Positions 38,162 through 47,682 of a DNA stretch of 64,000 bases are shown here, in pieces; the stretch's first letter is position 1; each line of letters begins with the position of its first letter. The DNA comes from an uncultured virus (IMG/VR IMGVR_UViG_3300006409_000029). Its lineage: Duplodnaviria; Heunggongvirae; Uroviricota; Caudoviricetes. A program made the translations under genes and the position numbers. The notes beneath the pieces are model-generated. The model was not told the DNA's origin. It saw only the letters and a list, made by a program, of their open reading frames with translations, and ran no database searches. The stretch lies in the IMG/VR virus record IMGVR_UViG_3300006409_000029. The stretch is one strand, 5' to 3'.

Positions 38162-39126
38162 ACGAGACCCGCCTTCACCTTCTCGGCCAGCTTGATGTAC
38201 TCCCCCGCCATGCGCCAGTGATTGAACCACGAGACGGAGCGGCGACACTCATAGGGATTTATCTCGTCAATGTGGCTCAGCGCATAGGCATAATCATCGA
38301 GGCTATAGCAGATGTAGCCATTGCGCCCGCTCTGGATGTACTCCGGGAGGCACCCATTATCGCTCGCGAGCACCGGCGTCCCGCAATGGAGTGCCTCCAG
38401 GACGATTATGGCCCCCGCCTCGACCCATCCGGTACCGCCCACCGGGTGGATTAAAGCCTTCGCCCTCATGATAAGCTCCAGCTTCTGCTGGCCGCCCACA
38501 TCCCCCATGTAGATTATCTTGTCGCTGTCGAGATGGGGCTTGATGGCGTTTCTGAAATACTCCGGCACCCAGGCAGGCCCGCAGATGATGAGCTTATGCC
38601 TGCACCTCTTCGCCACATCAATGGCGATATGGGCCTGCTTCTCCGGGATGACGCTCCCCATGTAGAGGAGATAGTCCTCCCTCTCGCCGAGGTAGAGAGG
38701 ATACTCCCCGGCGCGGATGCCATAGTAAATCACCTTCGCCTCCTCCATCTTGAGGTGGCGGCGCTGAGCATAGGAGATGCAGACGACGTTATGGGGCCAG
38801 GAGAGGCTCATGACCTGATAGACGTTTATCGAGGGGAAGTTGGGCCAGAGCCTCGGAATCACCTTGTCGTGGCTCATGTCAATCAGGGCATCGAGCCTCT
38901 TGTGCCACTCGCCCGCCGCAAAAGCGTGGGCGAACTGACGCTCCGATAGCGTGACGGCCTCCAGCTTCCCGCCAGGCGGGGCCTTGGAGCCCTCCTTGGC
39001 GAAGAGTGTAACATTATGTTGCATTTGGGAGAGGGCGCAGCAAAGCCACCAGGCTATCCGCTCAATCCCCCCATAACGCTCAGGCGGCGTGGGTATCGCC
39101 GCCGTGGAAATCACTCCTATTTTCAT
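38155..39126 (-). CDS. GT4 glycosyltransferase
   Basis: PP..YGGIER, EAGAIIVLEALHCGTP. Confidence 0.9.
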   Translation of the reverse strand: MKIGVISTAAIPTPPERYGGIERIAWWLCCALSQMQHNVTLFAKEGSKAPPGGKLEAVTLSERQFAHAFAAGEWHKRLDALIDMSHDKVIPRLWPNFPSINVYQVMSLSWPHNVVCISYAQRRHLKMEEAKVIYYGIRAGEYPLYLGEREDYLLYMGSVIPEKQAHIAIDVAKRCRHKLIICGPAWVPEYFRNAIKPHLDSDKIIYMGDVGGQQKLELIMRAKALIHPVGGTGWVEAGAIIVLEALHCGTPVLASDNGCLPEYIQSGRNGYICYSLDDYAYALSHIDEINPYECRRSVSWFNHWRMAGEYIKLAEKVKAGLVW

Positions 39127-39374
39127 CCTCCGCCCTCCCCTTTCGAGAAGGGCAGCAGTTGGTCTGCCCCCTCGTCCTCCTCGATGGCCTCGTCGCAATG
39201 GCCGGGGTCAATCAAGTCCAGCAGCCAGCAGAGCCACTGGTAAGGTGGAACTTTGTCCCTGAACTTCCCCAGCCGGGAGGAAATCGTCTCATCAGGGTCG
39301 CCGAGGAGGATTGCATTGAGAAGCTGGTCGAAAGCTGTGCATACATTTATGATATACTTCTTTATCTTACTCAT
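39123..39374 (-). CDS. Small conserved phage protein
   Basis: DQLLN..GDPDETISSR.GK..L..IDP.HC is a recurrent phage motif of unknown function. Confidence 0.75.
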   Translation of the reverse strand: MSKIKKYIINVCTAFDQLLNAILLGDPDETISSRLGKFRDKVPPYQWLCWLLDLIDPGHCDEAIEEDEGADQLLPFSKGEGGG

Positions 39375-39375
39375 C

Positions 39376-39795
39376 TCACCTCAGTATCTTTATACACCCT
39401 AAGAACTCTGTGCGGAAACCGAATTGACACACCAAATCTATCCTCCTGTGCCTGGTGAAGGTAATCAAAGGGCCGCGATGCCTGCCCACCACGAAGGTGA
39501 AAAACCAGGCATCGCATGGCACGTTCGGCCTATCCAGCTCTATCCGCAGCCAATACTCGCCGCTTCCCCGATAGACCCTCTCGGATAGCTTCCAGTAAAA
39601 CCTATACGTCGAGAGGAGCTTGCAGCCAGAGGCCACAAGCAGGGAAGCGATGAGCGCAATTAAGATTAGCCTTCTCACGGCGATTTGAGGCTCAAAAACA
39701 GGAGCACTATAAAGACTGCGAGCGAGCCTAAGCCCACTCCCAAGCCGAACGCCCCGATGACCACAAACCAACACGGAGCACCAAGCATATCTCAC
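39376..39795 (-). CDS. Hypothetical protein, possibly membrane-associated
   Basis: Fills the operon gap; hydrophobic segment; start uncertain. Confidence 0.45.
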   Translation of the reverse strand: MRYAWCSVLVCGHRGVRLGSGLRLARSLYSAPVFEPQIAVRRLILIALIASLLVASGCKLLSTYRFYWKLSERVYRGSGEYWLRIELDRPNVPCDAWFFTFVVGRHRGPLITFTRHRRIDLVCQFGFRTEFLGCIKILR

Positions 39796-40574
39796 CTCCC
39801 GTATTTTACTACTGGGTTGACCCAGCCCTCGTTGGGATTCTTTCCCACAATCTCGGCCAGCTCCATGTTCACCGAGGAGGTGAATCTCTTTAGCTCCTCG
39901 GTGGTCATGGCCGCAAGCTCGTAGACGGTGGGTATCCTCCTCTCCGGGGGAGCTTTCTTATTGTAAATCCCCAGGCCATACCACTTCTTCCGCCCGATTT
40001 CATGCCATTTCATATCTAAAAGGAGCTTATTTCGGGCGGAGTAGGCATGGTAAAAAGGAGGCTTCTTGCTGTAATCCCTCGGAGGATGGAATACGCTGAC
40101 ACGCGGGTCAACCAACACCCGATAACCACGCCACTCTATCTCATATCCCAAGTCCAAGTCAAACCACTGCGTAAAGATAAAATCCTCATCGCACAGCACC
40201 TCTGTCTCCAGGCGGATGACGCCGGCGATGCCATCAAACCACTTCGGAAAGGGGGAGGCCAACGGCTTCCGAGGCTCTCCCTCCCTGTTCGGCCTGATGA
40301 GGCCGACCTCCGGATGGCGGGAGATGTAGTTTAACATCGTCTCAAGATACTCCTGATGAACTATCTCCACATCGCAGTGGAGAAAGTGGACGAATGTGGC
40401 CTTCGTCATCTTGAGGACGGTGTTCCACACCCTCGGCTCGTGGTTCAGCTCCGGCCACCAATAAACCGGGAAGCCGGGGTAGAGAGACCGCAGGCGGTTC
40501 TCCAATCTCTGGGCCCTCTTCTTGTCCCATCCTAAGATGCATATAGAGCACAAAGGGCTAGGTCTCTCCGCCAT
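39792..40574 (-). CDS. GT2-like glycosyltransferase
   Basis: SICIL, WN, FLHCD, DEDF..D.D..GYRV..V.H pattern. Confidence 0.75.
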   Translation of the reverse strand: MAERPSPLCSICILGWDKKRAQRLENRLRSLYPGFPVYWWPELNHEPRVWNTVLKMTKATFVHFLHCDVEIVHQEYLETMLNYISRHPEVGLIRPNREGEPRKPLASPFPKWFDGIAGVIRLETEVLCDEDFIFTQWFDLDLGYEIEWRGYRVLVDPRVSVFHPPRDYSKKPPFYHAYSARNKLLLDMKWHEIGRKKWYGLGIYNKKAPPERRIPTVYELAAMTTEELKRFTSSVNMELAEIVGKNPNEGWVNPVVKYGR

Positions 40575-41146
40575 ACCTCCTCTTTAACTCCTCCAGGGCC
40601 AGGCGGCGATGCTGCTCCCTGGTGAGGTCGCGTATCTTCACGCCATGAGACTCGCCGAGGTTGTAGACGCAGCACCACACCGCGGAGCACAATCTGTATC
40701 GAATATCCATACATGCCAGGGGTATTGACCAATATCCACCCCGGCGGGGCGGAAAGTGCCACCAGGCACTTTTTCCCATCCGGGCTGAGATACTCGTTCC
40801 AGGGAAGGTCGGTGCGGATATTCGATACCACGAGGTGATTGTTGTACCAAAGCTCATAGATGCGGGGAACTCCGTCGTGCAGGAAGAAAAGCTCCCCACG
40901 CTCATCGGTATTGCCCGCCCAAATATCCACAGGGGCCAGGACACCCGGCCTGTGGCTCGTCTGAAGGACGAAGCGAATATTGATGGCGGGCTTCCCATCG
41001 GGCCAGGTGGCATAGATGCGAATGTATCTATTATGCCCCTGCCTGGATGTCTGAGCATTGTATCGTGTGATTTTGACTTCCTTCACGCCAGCGATGCCGT
41101 AGATATAGGGATTGAATTCGGGTTTATCGGTCTCGATTTTGTCCAT
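40532..41146 (-). CDS. Hypothetical beta-rich protein
   Basis: ORF with GAGG RBS, in operon. Confidence 0.6.
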   Translation of the reverse strand: MDKIETDKPEFNPYIYGIAGVKEVKITRYNAQTSRQGHNRYIRIYATWPDGKPAINIRFVLQTSHRPGVLAPVDIWAGNTDERGELFFLHDGVPRIYELWYNNHLVVSNIRTDLPWNEYLSPDGKKCLVALSAPPGWILVNTPGMYGYSIQIVLRGVVLRLQPRRVSWREDTRPHQGAASPPGPGGVKEEVWRRDLALCALYAS

Positions 41147-41239
41147 CGCAAACCTCGGCTATGAAGTGCTATGGGCATGGCATGGCAACAATCGCCTCTA
41201 TGCCATGCCCATAGCCTTTGCCTTTAAGCTACTTCTCGA

Positions 41240-41638
41240 TTTACTTCTCGATTAACTTCTGACTGGCCGCAGCCATCGTGTGGATTTCCTCGATGATGGT
41301 CGCCAGCACTTTCTCGGCGACTGCCGCAGCAATTGCCTCCGTAGCGGCCTTTGTGCCACTCTCCCACAGGTTGTCAGTCTCCACTCCCGTGCGGACGTGA
41401 AGTTGGCTGAGGAGTTGCATTGTGAGCTGATGAAGCTCCTCTGATTATTATTCGCCTGATGAAATCTCAGGCTATTAAAAGATATTGACATAGCCGCAAC
41501 CGCCCGCTCCGCCTTAATCTGCTCCGCCAGAGCGATTATGCGGTTGGCAGCTTCGTGCACATCATCGTCGGTGTGTAAGTTTGAGTAGCTATCGCCACAG
41601 AGCAGGCGATAGGCGATGAGTTCAGACCAGGTGAACAT
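41240..41638 (-). pseudogene. Hypothetical gene, apparently frameshifted near 41445
   Basis: After ..HQANN the protein-like sequence continues in the -1 frame (SEELHQLTMQLL..AVAEKVLATIIEEIH..KLIEK*). Confidence 0.45.
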
Positions 41639-41678
41639 AAACCTCCTAGTAGGTGATTTCTATTGTATCCGTATCGCT

Positions 41679-44600
41679 CTAATTTGGCTTTTTAATTATA
41701 ACTGGCTTATAGTTACCTGGCAAAAACATGAAATCGCTCCCCGACTCAAGCGAATAATCATCATAAGTTTCCCAATTGCCGGATGTTAAATCCGTATTGG
41801 GGTCATCCGGGTCTACACAATACCCATCCTTACCCACGCCATTCCTATAACACATTGCAAAGTCGGGCGGAGTAGCTCCCGCCGCTTTCGGGTTATGATA
41901 ATTGGCAAGACTTTTAGCTTCGTCAGCAGGTATTAACTCCACATAATCATTGGGCAACTTATCAGCTTCCCAGTAAATCTGCCCAGTATCTGTTGTCCAG
42001 ATGACAAACAAATCTTGTCCATTCACCGTTGCACTGTAAACCTTCCACGTGCCATATACTGCCGAAGCCCCCAACGCCTCGGCCTGATTGGAAGCTCCTG
42101 TAATCTCATTGATTTCAGGAGTACCATTCAAGTAGGAAAGTGCCCAAAATGCATAATAAGATATATGATTGGCTGTTTCACTAGGGCCTCCACACCTCAA
42201 CGAATATTTACACGCCCAATGGTCAATACTTGGGGCAGAAAAACTAAACCACCAAATAAATGGTACTTTATCCGCTCCTCTAGTAAGTGGAGGAATCAAT
42301 TGGCGGTATAACCAACGAGCCTGTTCTCGCTCCGTTATTGCATCAAGATTGTGATACCCCGCCTCACTTACTGCCACATATTTTATCCTATCATCTTTAT
42401 ATCCAATATAACCATTACTATACACTAAAGTCGATTCAGTATGATAATTAGCCAACAAAGCATCATATCCCCAAGCCTCAACAGAAGATTCCACAGGAGG
42501 AATTGCTTGACATTTCGACTCCAGTTGGTCTGGCCCCTCATTATAAAGATATGCTGTCATTTCCTCAAGGCAACCTTCCGCCCAACAAGAAATATTAGCA
42601 TAGTTGTGAATCTCCAAACCATCCATAAATGAACCCAATCCAAAATCCATAACCCGCTTTATAAATAATGGGTCAAAATAACTACCGGCGTGCGCCCAAT
42701 GCCCTCCCGTTGCAGGCAATGCCCCCTCAGAGGCAGCATACAATCCAATATAACCCCGCGCCACAAAATCCACATATTCTAGATGGTCAGGAATATTATC
42801 TGTACCACTGCCCACAACCTCACCGGGGTCATCGCAATTCCAATCTGTATTGGACTCCCCTGCCCATATATGTCCCTCATCCCGACTGCAATCCGGGTCG
42901 CCCACATAACCATCCTCCTCATTAGAAGGACTAATTCTAACCCAATCTATTTGGTCATAATTATCATACCACTCAAAAGCACCCGCATAACAATCATTAA
43001 GCCCTTCACCCAATGGCAATCCAGCCAAGTAGTCTTGAACTTTAGTATCATTACATATATTAGTCATATCAATACGCGCCCCGCTAACAGCAACTATATC
43101 TGGATGATTAGCCAGCCAAATATTCACATCATCAGGGCTTGTTGGTTCCCATAACCCAGTATCCAATGTGCCCGCACCAATAGCATAAATTTCATCATAG
43201 CCATCAGGGTCTCCCCAAAATCCTGAAAGCGCTCCGTAAGGCAACCTCTCTCCATAGCTCGTAGGCATTGACCACTTCTTCTTCACCCAACTTATCTCCA
43301 ACTTCGCCGCATCCTCTGGATACGCGTCATACGGCTCTACCACAGCATAATTCGATGCACTCCCAGGCTTCGGGCGGATTAGTATAACCAACGAGTCATA
43401 CTTATCCCAATCAGCCCGCCCAACGGCTTCCTGGATTATCACCGCTAAGTTAGGCGAAGTCACAACGCCAGTGCTATCTATCGTCCACTCCACCCATAGC
43501 CCGCAATAATCCTGAGAAGCCTCGGATAGGGCATCGCAATAGCCCGCTATATCGTCGGGATATTTGTCTATCAGCCTTTGAGCGATTGTATTTCCCGTGT
43601 TGAAGTCCTTAGTGCTTAGGGCATTGACCGAATCTTCCGTGAAGACTTCGACGGTTATTCCCTCAGTGGCATTGATATAGCTAACATCCAAAATCAGGCG
43701 GGCGTCTGTAATAACCGAGCCATACTCTAAGGGAACATAACGGAATAGGAAGCCTGCAAAGTACTCCCTTCCTTGATAATCAAAACCGAGGCGCACAGTG
43801 CTCGAATTATAGACATTTGCTCCATCCTCGTTTACGTGATAAGCATCATCCCAGCCCTGAATGCCATCCTTGTCGTAATAGTCGCCAACTTGCAGCCGCA
43901 AGGGGCGGTTGGGATTAACCTCACCCCAGCGAGCCGAGACCGTCATTATATCAATGACTGTAATGTCACAATCCCCATCGTAATCCGCATCCACATCATA
44001 CCCTGGGTCGCATTTCGTGCAATTTGGATATTCGCCTTCCTCACAGTCAAGATTCCATCTAGCGGCCACGCGCATAACGTCAAATACGTCAACCTCGCCA
44101 TCACATTCAGAGTATGGGTCAACCTCGCCAGAACTATTGTCCCAGGGGAAGTCGGGGTCACAGCGCACAAAGTCGCTGGTATGCCCCGCATCCATCTCCA
44201 CATCCAATAAGATGGGGGTAAAGTTTCCAGTTGTCTTGGCTGTTACCGTAAAGGTCGCGAGAGTGCCCCATCCAGTAACATCGGCTTGCGTCGAATAAGC
44301 GCCGAAGCTGCCATATCCCGCCGCATTATCTATATCCGTCCCTGCCTCAACGGCACTATTGATAAACCCTCCATCTGCAATATCATCAATCGTCACCTGG
44401 CTTGTATCTGCCCCAATCAATACCTCGTAGGCATCAATAGCATCCACCTGATTCTTTACTATTATATCGAAGGTATATGTATTGCCTGCCACCACATCCC
44501 GATTGGGGGGATATATCAAGACGAGCGATTCCTTCTCAGGGCCCACAGAGTAGAACCCCGAAGGATTAGCCATATTGTTGTATAGCATCTTGACTTTATC

Positions 44601-45707
44601 GCCGAAAATCACTCGATTCCAAATACGTATTTCATCAAGTCGCCCATCAAAGAAGTGTATCCATTCAAGGTCATAATACCTCCGATGAGCGGCTACCTCA
44701 ACTTCACGATTGTTCTGGATTGTTTTGACGACATCTCCCACACCCAAATCAACGAGGCTGCCATTAACGTAACAATACAATACATTTCCCCCCGCCTTGT
44801 CAGCAACAAGGTGAGAATAGGTACCCACAGAGATGCTTGAGCTGGCCTTGCAATAAACGTAATCGCTGCCATTTATTGCACTAAAACTTAACAGGCCATC
44901 CGGCACGCTGAAACTCCACCTAGCAGTATCCAAGTTCTCAATGCCTTTGCGCAACAAGGGGTCGCGTACGTCGCTGAAATTATCCGGGGAGGCCCATACC
45001 TCAACAGCGAAAGTATATGAGGAGACATTTAGGGAACTATCATGAGGAATAACTAAGTAATCATCTACCCCATCGAATTCCAGCCCGTAACCTACCTTGC
45101 CTGCAACTTGATACAATACTCCCCCGGAAGTCGAGGCGTGATTAGCATTGGCAGTACTGTCATACAATGTGCCTCCCGACTCCTCAAAGTGATATACCGC
45201 CTTATAGTAATCGGTCGGCCAAACGCCATTGACATTCTCCTGCGAGGAGGTAACTGTAGAATCCCCATAGCACAGGTAAATGGTTTTGCTCTTGCCATCC
45301 TCCAAAAATGGAATGCGAACATACGCCGTTAATGCGCCAGTCGTGGGGTCATACTGAGTTACCTCAAAATCGTATTTGCTGGTACAGTAGACATCGGGAG
45401 AGAAAATCAAGTCCGCCGGGACTGTCAAGTTGCCCGATACACCACCCAAGGCGGTATTCTCAACATGACCGCCATTAGCCACCGTGCGAAGCTCCGGCAA
45501 GGTGGACTTAAATAGCAATGGGAATTCATAGGTATTCATCAATACCCTACTTCCAGGTATAGTGATAGTTCTTACATACTTATACCCTATCGAGCTTGCC
45601 GCCATTGCCTCTGGAGAGGTCAATAATACAACAGTATAAGCTGCAAACAAGCCTGCAAGAATTGCTATTACAGGCATCCACCTTGAGTTCCAAACCTTTT
45701 TAATCAT
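41679..45707 (-). CDS. Secreted multidomain protein: DUF2341-like, LamG, cohesin, dockerin, DNRLRE-like and GH-A-like hydrolase domains
   Basis: Signal peptide ending AMA; YVRIP..IYL.YG; AVYHFEE..FDGVDDY..FDGRLDEIRI; GTLAT.T cohesin-like; two Ca-loop repeats (DGEVDVFDV..VA.RW, DYDGDCDITVIDI..V..RW); SNE, IHNY, VSEAGY; low GC. Confidence 0.8.
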   Translation of the reverse strand: MIKKVWNSRWMPVIAILAGLFAAYTVVLLTSPEAMAASSIGYKYVRTITIPGSRVLMNTYEFPLLFKSTLPELRTVANGGHVENTALGGVSGNLTVPADLIFSPDVYCTSKYDFEVTQYDPTTGALTAYVRIPFLEDGKSKTIYLCYGDSTVTSSQENVNGVWPTDYYKAVYHFEESGGTLYDSTANANHASTSGGVLYQVAGKVGYGLEFDGVDDYLVIPHDSSLNVSSYTFAVEVWASPDNFSDVRDPLLRKGIENLDTARWSFSVPDGLLSFSAINGSDYVYCKASSSISVGTYSHLVADKAGGNVLYCYVNGSLVDLGVGDVVKTIQNNREVEVAAHRRYYDLEWIHFFDGRLDEIRIWNRVIFGDKVKMLYNNMANPSGFYSVGPEKESLVLIYPPNRDVVAGNTYTFDIIVKNQVDAIDAYEVLIGADTSQVTIDDIADGGFINSAVEAGTDIDNAAGYGSFGAYSTQADVTGWGTLATFTVTAKTTGNFTPILLDVEMDAGHTSDFVRCDPDFPWDNSSGEVDPYSECDGEVDVFDVMRVAARWNLDCEEGEYPNCTKCDPGYDVDADYDGDCDITVIDIMTVSARWGEVNPNRPLRLQVGDYYDKDGIQGWDDAYHVNEDGANVYNSSTVRLGFDYQGREYFAGFLFRYVPLEYGSVITDARLILDVSYINATEGITVEVFTEDSVNALSTKDFNTGNTIAQRLIDKYPDDIAGYCDALSEASQDYCGLWVEWTIDSTGVVTSPNLAVIIQEAVGRADWDKYDSLVILIRPKPGSASNYAVVEPYDAYPEDAAKLEISWVKKKWSMPTSYGERLPYGALSGFWGDPDGYDEIYAIGAGTLDTGLWEPTSPDDVNIWLANHPDIVAVSGARIDMTNICNDTKVQDYLAGLPLGEGLNDCYAGAFEWYDNYDQIDWVRISPSNEEDGYVGDPDCSRDEGHIWAGESNTDWNCDDPGEVVGSGTDNIPDHLEYVDFVARGYIGLYAASEGALPATGGHWAHAGSYFDPLFIKRVMDFGLGSFMDGLEIHNYANISCWAEGCLEEMTAYLYNEGPDQLESKCQAIPPVESSVEAWGYDALLANYHTESTLVYSNGYIGYKDDRIKYVAVSEAGYHNLDAITEREQARWLYRQLIPPLTRGADKVPFIWWFSFSAPSIDHWACKYSLRCGGPSETANHISYYAFWALSYLNGTPEINEITGASNQAEALGASAVYGTWKVYSATVNGQDLFVIWTTDTGQIYWEADKLPNDYVELIPADEAKSLANYHNPKAAGATPPDFAMCYRNGVGKDGYCVDPDDPNTDLTSGNWETYDDYSLESGSDFMFLPGNYKPVIIKKPN

Positions 45708-45745
45708 ATTCTCCCTCCTTTTATTGTTTTTGTTTCTTAGATTCT

Positions 45746-46357
45746 TTAGAAAGGTATATACAGCTCCCATTCTCTACCTCCTTCTTTTTGTAATATTCCA
45801 AAGCCATAGGCCCAGGGAATCTCCAGCGACATGGAGACATCCTTCCGCGTCCTCCACTGCTCGAAGACCTCCCTGGGGCCGCCCGGCCCTGGTAGATAGA
45901 CTATATCGTGAAGCACGGCCCAGCCTCCATCCGAGAGCAAGTCCCAGGCCATAGTGAGTTCGAGCCTGACCCTATCGGCGTGATGGTCTCCGTCAATGTA
46001 GATGAGGTCAGCCCCGCCCTCCATGCAGGCCAGGAACTCCAGGCTATCCATGTGAAAAAACTTCCACCTGCTCTTCCAATTGAGCCGTAAAGAAGAAACG
46101 GCCTCGCTACAGTCCTCGATGTCGCAACTGTAGAGAAGGCCGTTTGTAGTCCGCAGTGCGGTCAAAAACATCAGTGTCGAGATACCTTCCCCGACACCAA
46201 TCTCATAAACAACTTTAGGGCGACAGGCCAGACAGAGTAGATAAATCGTCAGCGCATAGTCCAAGCCAGCGCCCCTTGCAACCACCTCGCTCAGCGAGCG
46301 AGCAAGAGGATATATTTGTCTTTGGCGCTCTTGTAGCTCAGTTAAGTCTACTACCAT
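45746..46357 (-). CDS. Class I SAM methyltransferase (Methyltransf_24-like)
   Basis: EIGV..G.ST, DS, DLIYIDGDH, GG..VLHD. Confidence 0.9.
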   Translation of the reverse strand: MVVDLTELQERQRQIYPLARSLSEVVARGAGLDYALTIYLLCLACRPKVVYEIGVGEGISTLMFLTALRTTNGLLYSCDIEDCSEAVSSLRLNWKSRWKFFHMDSLEFLACMEGGADLIYIDGDHHADRVRLELTMAWDLLSDGGWAVLHDIVYLPGPGGPREVFEQWRTRKDVSMSLEIPWAYGFGILQKEGGREWELYIPF

Positions 46358-46379
46358 AGGCGCTCCCAAGATGATATTC

Positions 46380-46526
46380 CAAGTGGGGCGGCGCCCGGCT
46401 CGCCGCCCCACTACCAGAAAGGAGGAGAAAGATGAACGGCGCGGCCCCCTGGAGGCTGCTCGCAACCTGCCTGCAACCAATATCCCTATCGCAAGGTGAA
46501 AATCGCAGCCCCTCCCTGGCGGCTGC
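46380..46526 (-). ncRNA. Candidate structured leader or small RNA with an anti-Shine-Dalgarno tract
   Basis: Starts at a consensus promoter; 5' GCAGCC/GGCTGC stem; TTCATCTTTCTCCTCCTTTCT tract; 12-bp 3' stem at 46382-46412. Confidence 0.4.
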
Positions 46527-46530
46527 TGTT

Positions 46531-46559
46531 ATTATATCACAAATCAGTAAAATTGTCAA
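46531..46559 (-). promoter_or_regulatory. Consensus sigma70 promoter for the glycosylation insert
   Basis: TTGACA-17 nt-TATAAT with TG extension. Confidence 0.9.
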
Positions 46560-46601
46560 ATCGGGCTTTTGAGGGCGTTTGACTTATAAATCATTTAACT
46601 T

Positions 46602-46633
46602 AAAAGCAGGGGGTTGACCTGCGCAACCCCCTG
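46602..46633 (-). terminator. Terminator of the packaging operon
   Basis: CAGGGGGTTG/CAACCCCCTG stem followed by CTTTT. Confidence 0.75.
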
Positions 46634-46686
46634 GAGGTAATCGCCCACCGTTGGCTTGGCAATGGTGGGGGGATAATTCGATATAC

Positions 46687-47682
46687 TTAGCCTATCCAGG
46701 CATCCCATTCGCCTCTCTCGAAGGGAAGCTCATACTCCGCCTCATCGTCAATGGGCGTCTCGTCGTCCCCAAGGGGAACGAGCCAGCAGCGGCAGTTGGA
46801 GAGGCAGGCCCTATTCCCAGGGCGAACGTCGAGCAGCTCTATCCCCCGATGGATGCGCCCTATCTCCTGAGCGCACCCATTCGGCCCCCGGCAGGTATGC
46901 CTGTCGAGCCAGCCGACCCAGAGGAAGAGCTTATCGGCGAAGGCCACTGGCGCGTCGGGATAGTCGGGCACGCCCCATTCCTCTGGCGGACGCCACATCT
47001 CGATATGCCAGGGGATGATGGCGGGAAAGGCCCACTTGACCTCCGGGAGCCCCCTGAACCTTTGAGCCTTCCTGCGCCGCTCCACAGGTGGCCTCCTGAG
47101 CACGGCCTGCTGAATGGCGGCCCAGAACGCGCCGCTGTACATGCCCGCCCGTGAGCGCAGGGCCAGCAGTCCCTCGGAGAGGGAGCGCCTTCCCCTGCGG
47201 GCCTCCATGATAATATCCCACAGGGCGTAGGAGAGGCCATCCGGACGCCGGAGATAGTAGCGATTATGGGCCACCTCCCATTGATGGGCCATGAAGTCCT
47301 CCCGGCTCCAGTGGACGCTGCCCTTGCCGAGCGTCCAGGCCAACGCCAGCCAGTACCAGGCGGCGCGGTCGAAGTAGCCAGCGAGGGCTTCGAGATAGTC
47401 CCTCAGCTCCGTCTCAGGCACAGCGCGGGCCGACTCCCCGGCGCGGGCCACCATCGCCCTGGAGAAGTCGTCATAGAGGCCCAGGAGAAGCTCCTTATAG
47501 CGCCTCTCGGCCATTGCCCAGTCCTCCCGCAGATAGCGGGCTGGCTCTGGCACCTGCCGCCGCTCCAGGAGGAGGGAAAGAAGTTGCTCAAGCGCCTCTT
47601 GGAGGCGTCGGGGAGCCTTTGGATAGAGACGTACCAGTCTCATCCAACGCTCCCTCTGCATGGAGAAGTCCGATGGCTTCAT
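46687..47682 (-). CDS. Head morphogenesis protein (Mu gpF/SPP1 gp7-like)
   Basis: Follows portal; W....D..TC..C..PG...CLSNCRCWL. Confidence 0.75.
   Translation of the reverse strand: MKPSDFSMQRERWMRLVRLYPKAPRRLQEALEQLLSLLLERRQVPEPARYLREDWAMAERRYKELLLGLYDDFSRAMVARAGESARAVPETELRDYLEALAGYFDRAAWYWLALAWTLGKGSVHWSREDFMAHQWEVAHNRYYLRRPDGLSYALWDIIMEARRGRRSLSEGLLALRSRAGMYSGAFWAAIQQAVLRRPPVERRRKAQRFRGLPEVKWAFPAIIPWHIEMWRPPEEWGVPDYPDAPVAFADKLFLWVGWLDRHTCRGPNGCAQEIGRIHRGIELLDVRPGNRACLSNCRCWLVPLGDDETPIDDEAEYELPFERGEWDAWIG

Noticed and set aside
46600..46680. tRNA-like structure
   Set aside because: Two simple hairpins with no T-loop or acceptor stem; no tRNA recognised anywhere in the window.
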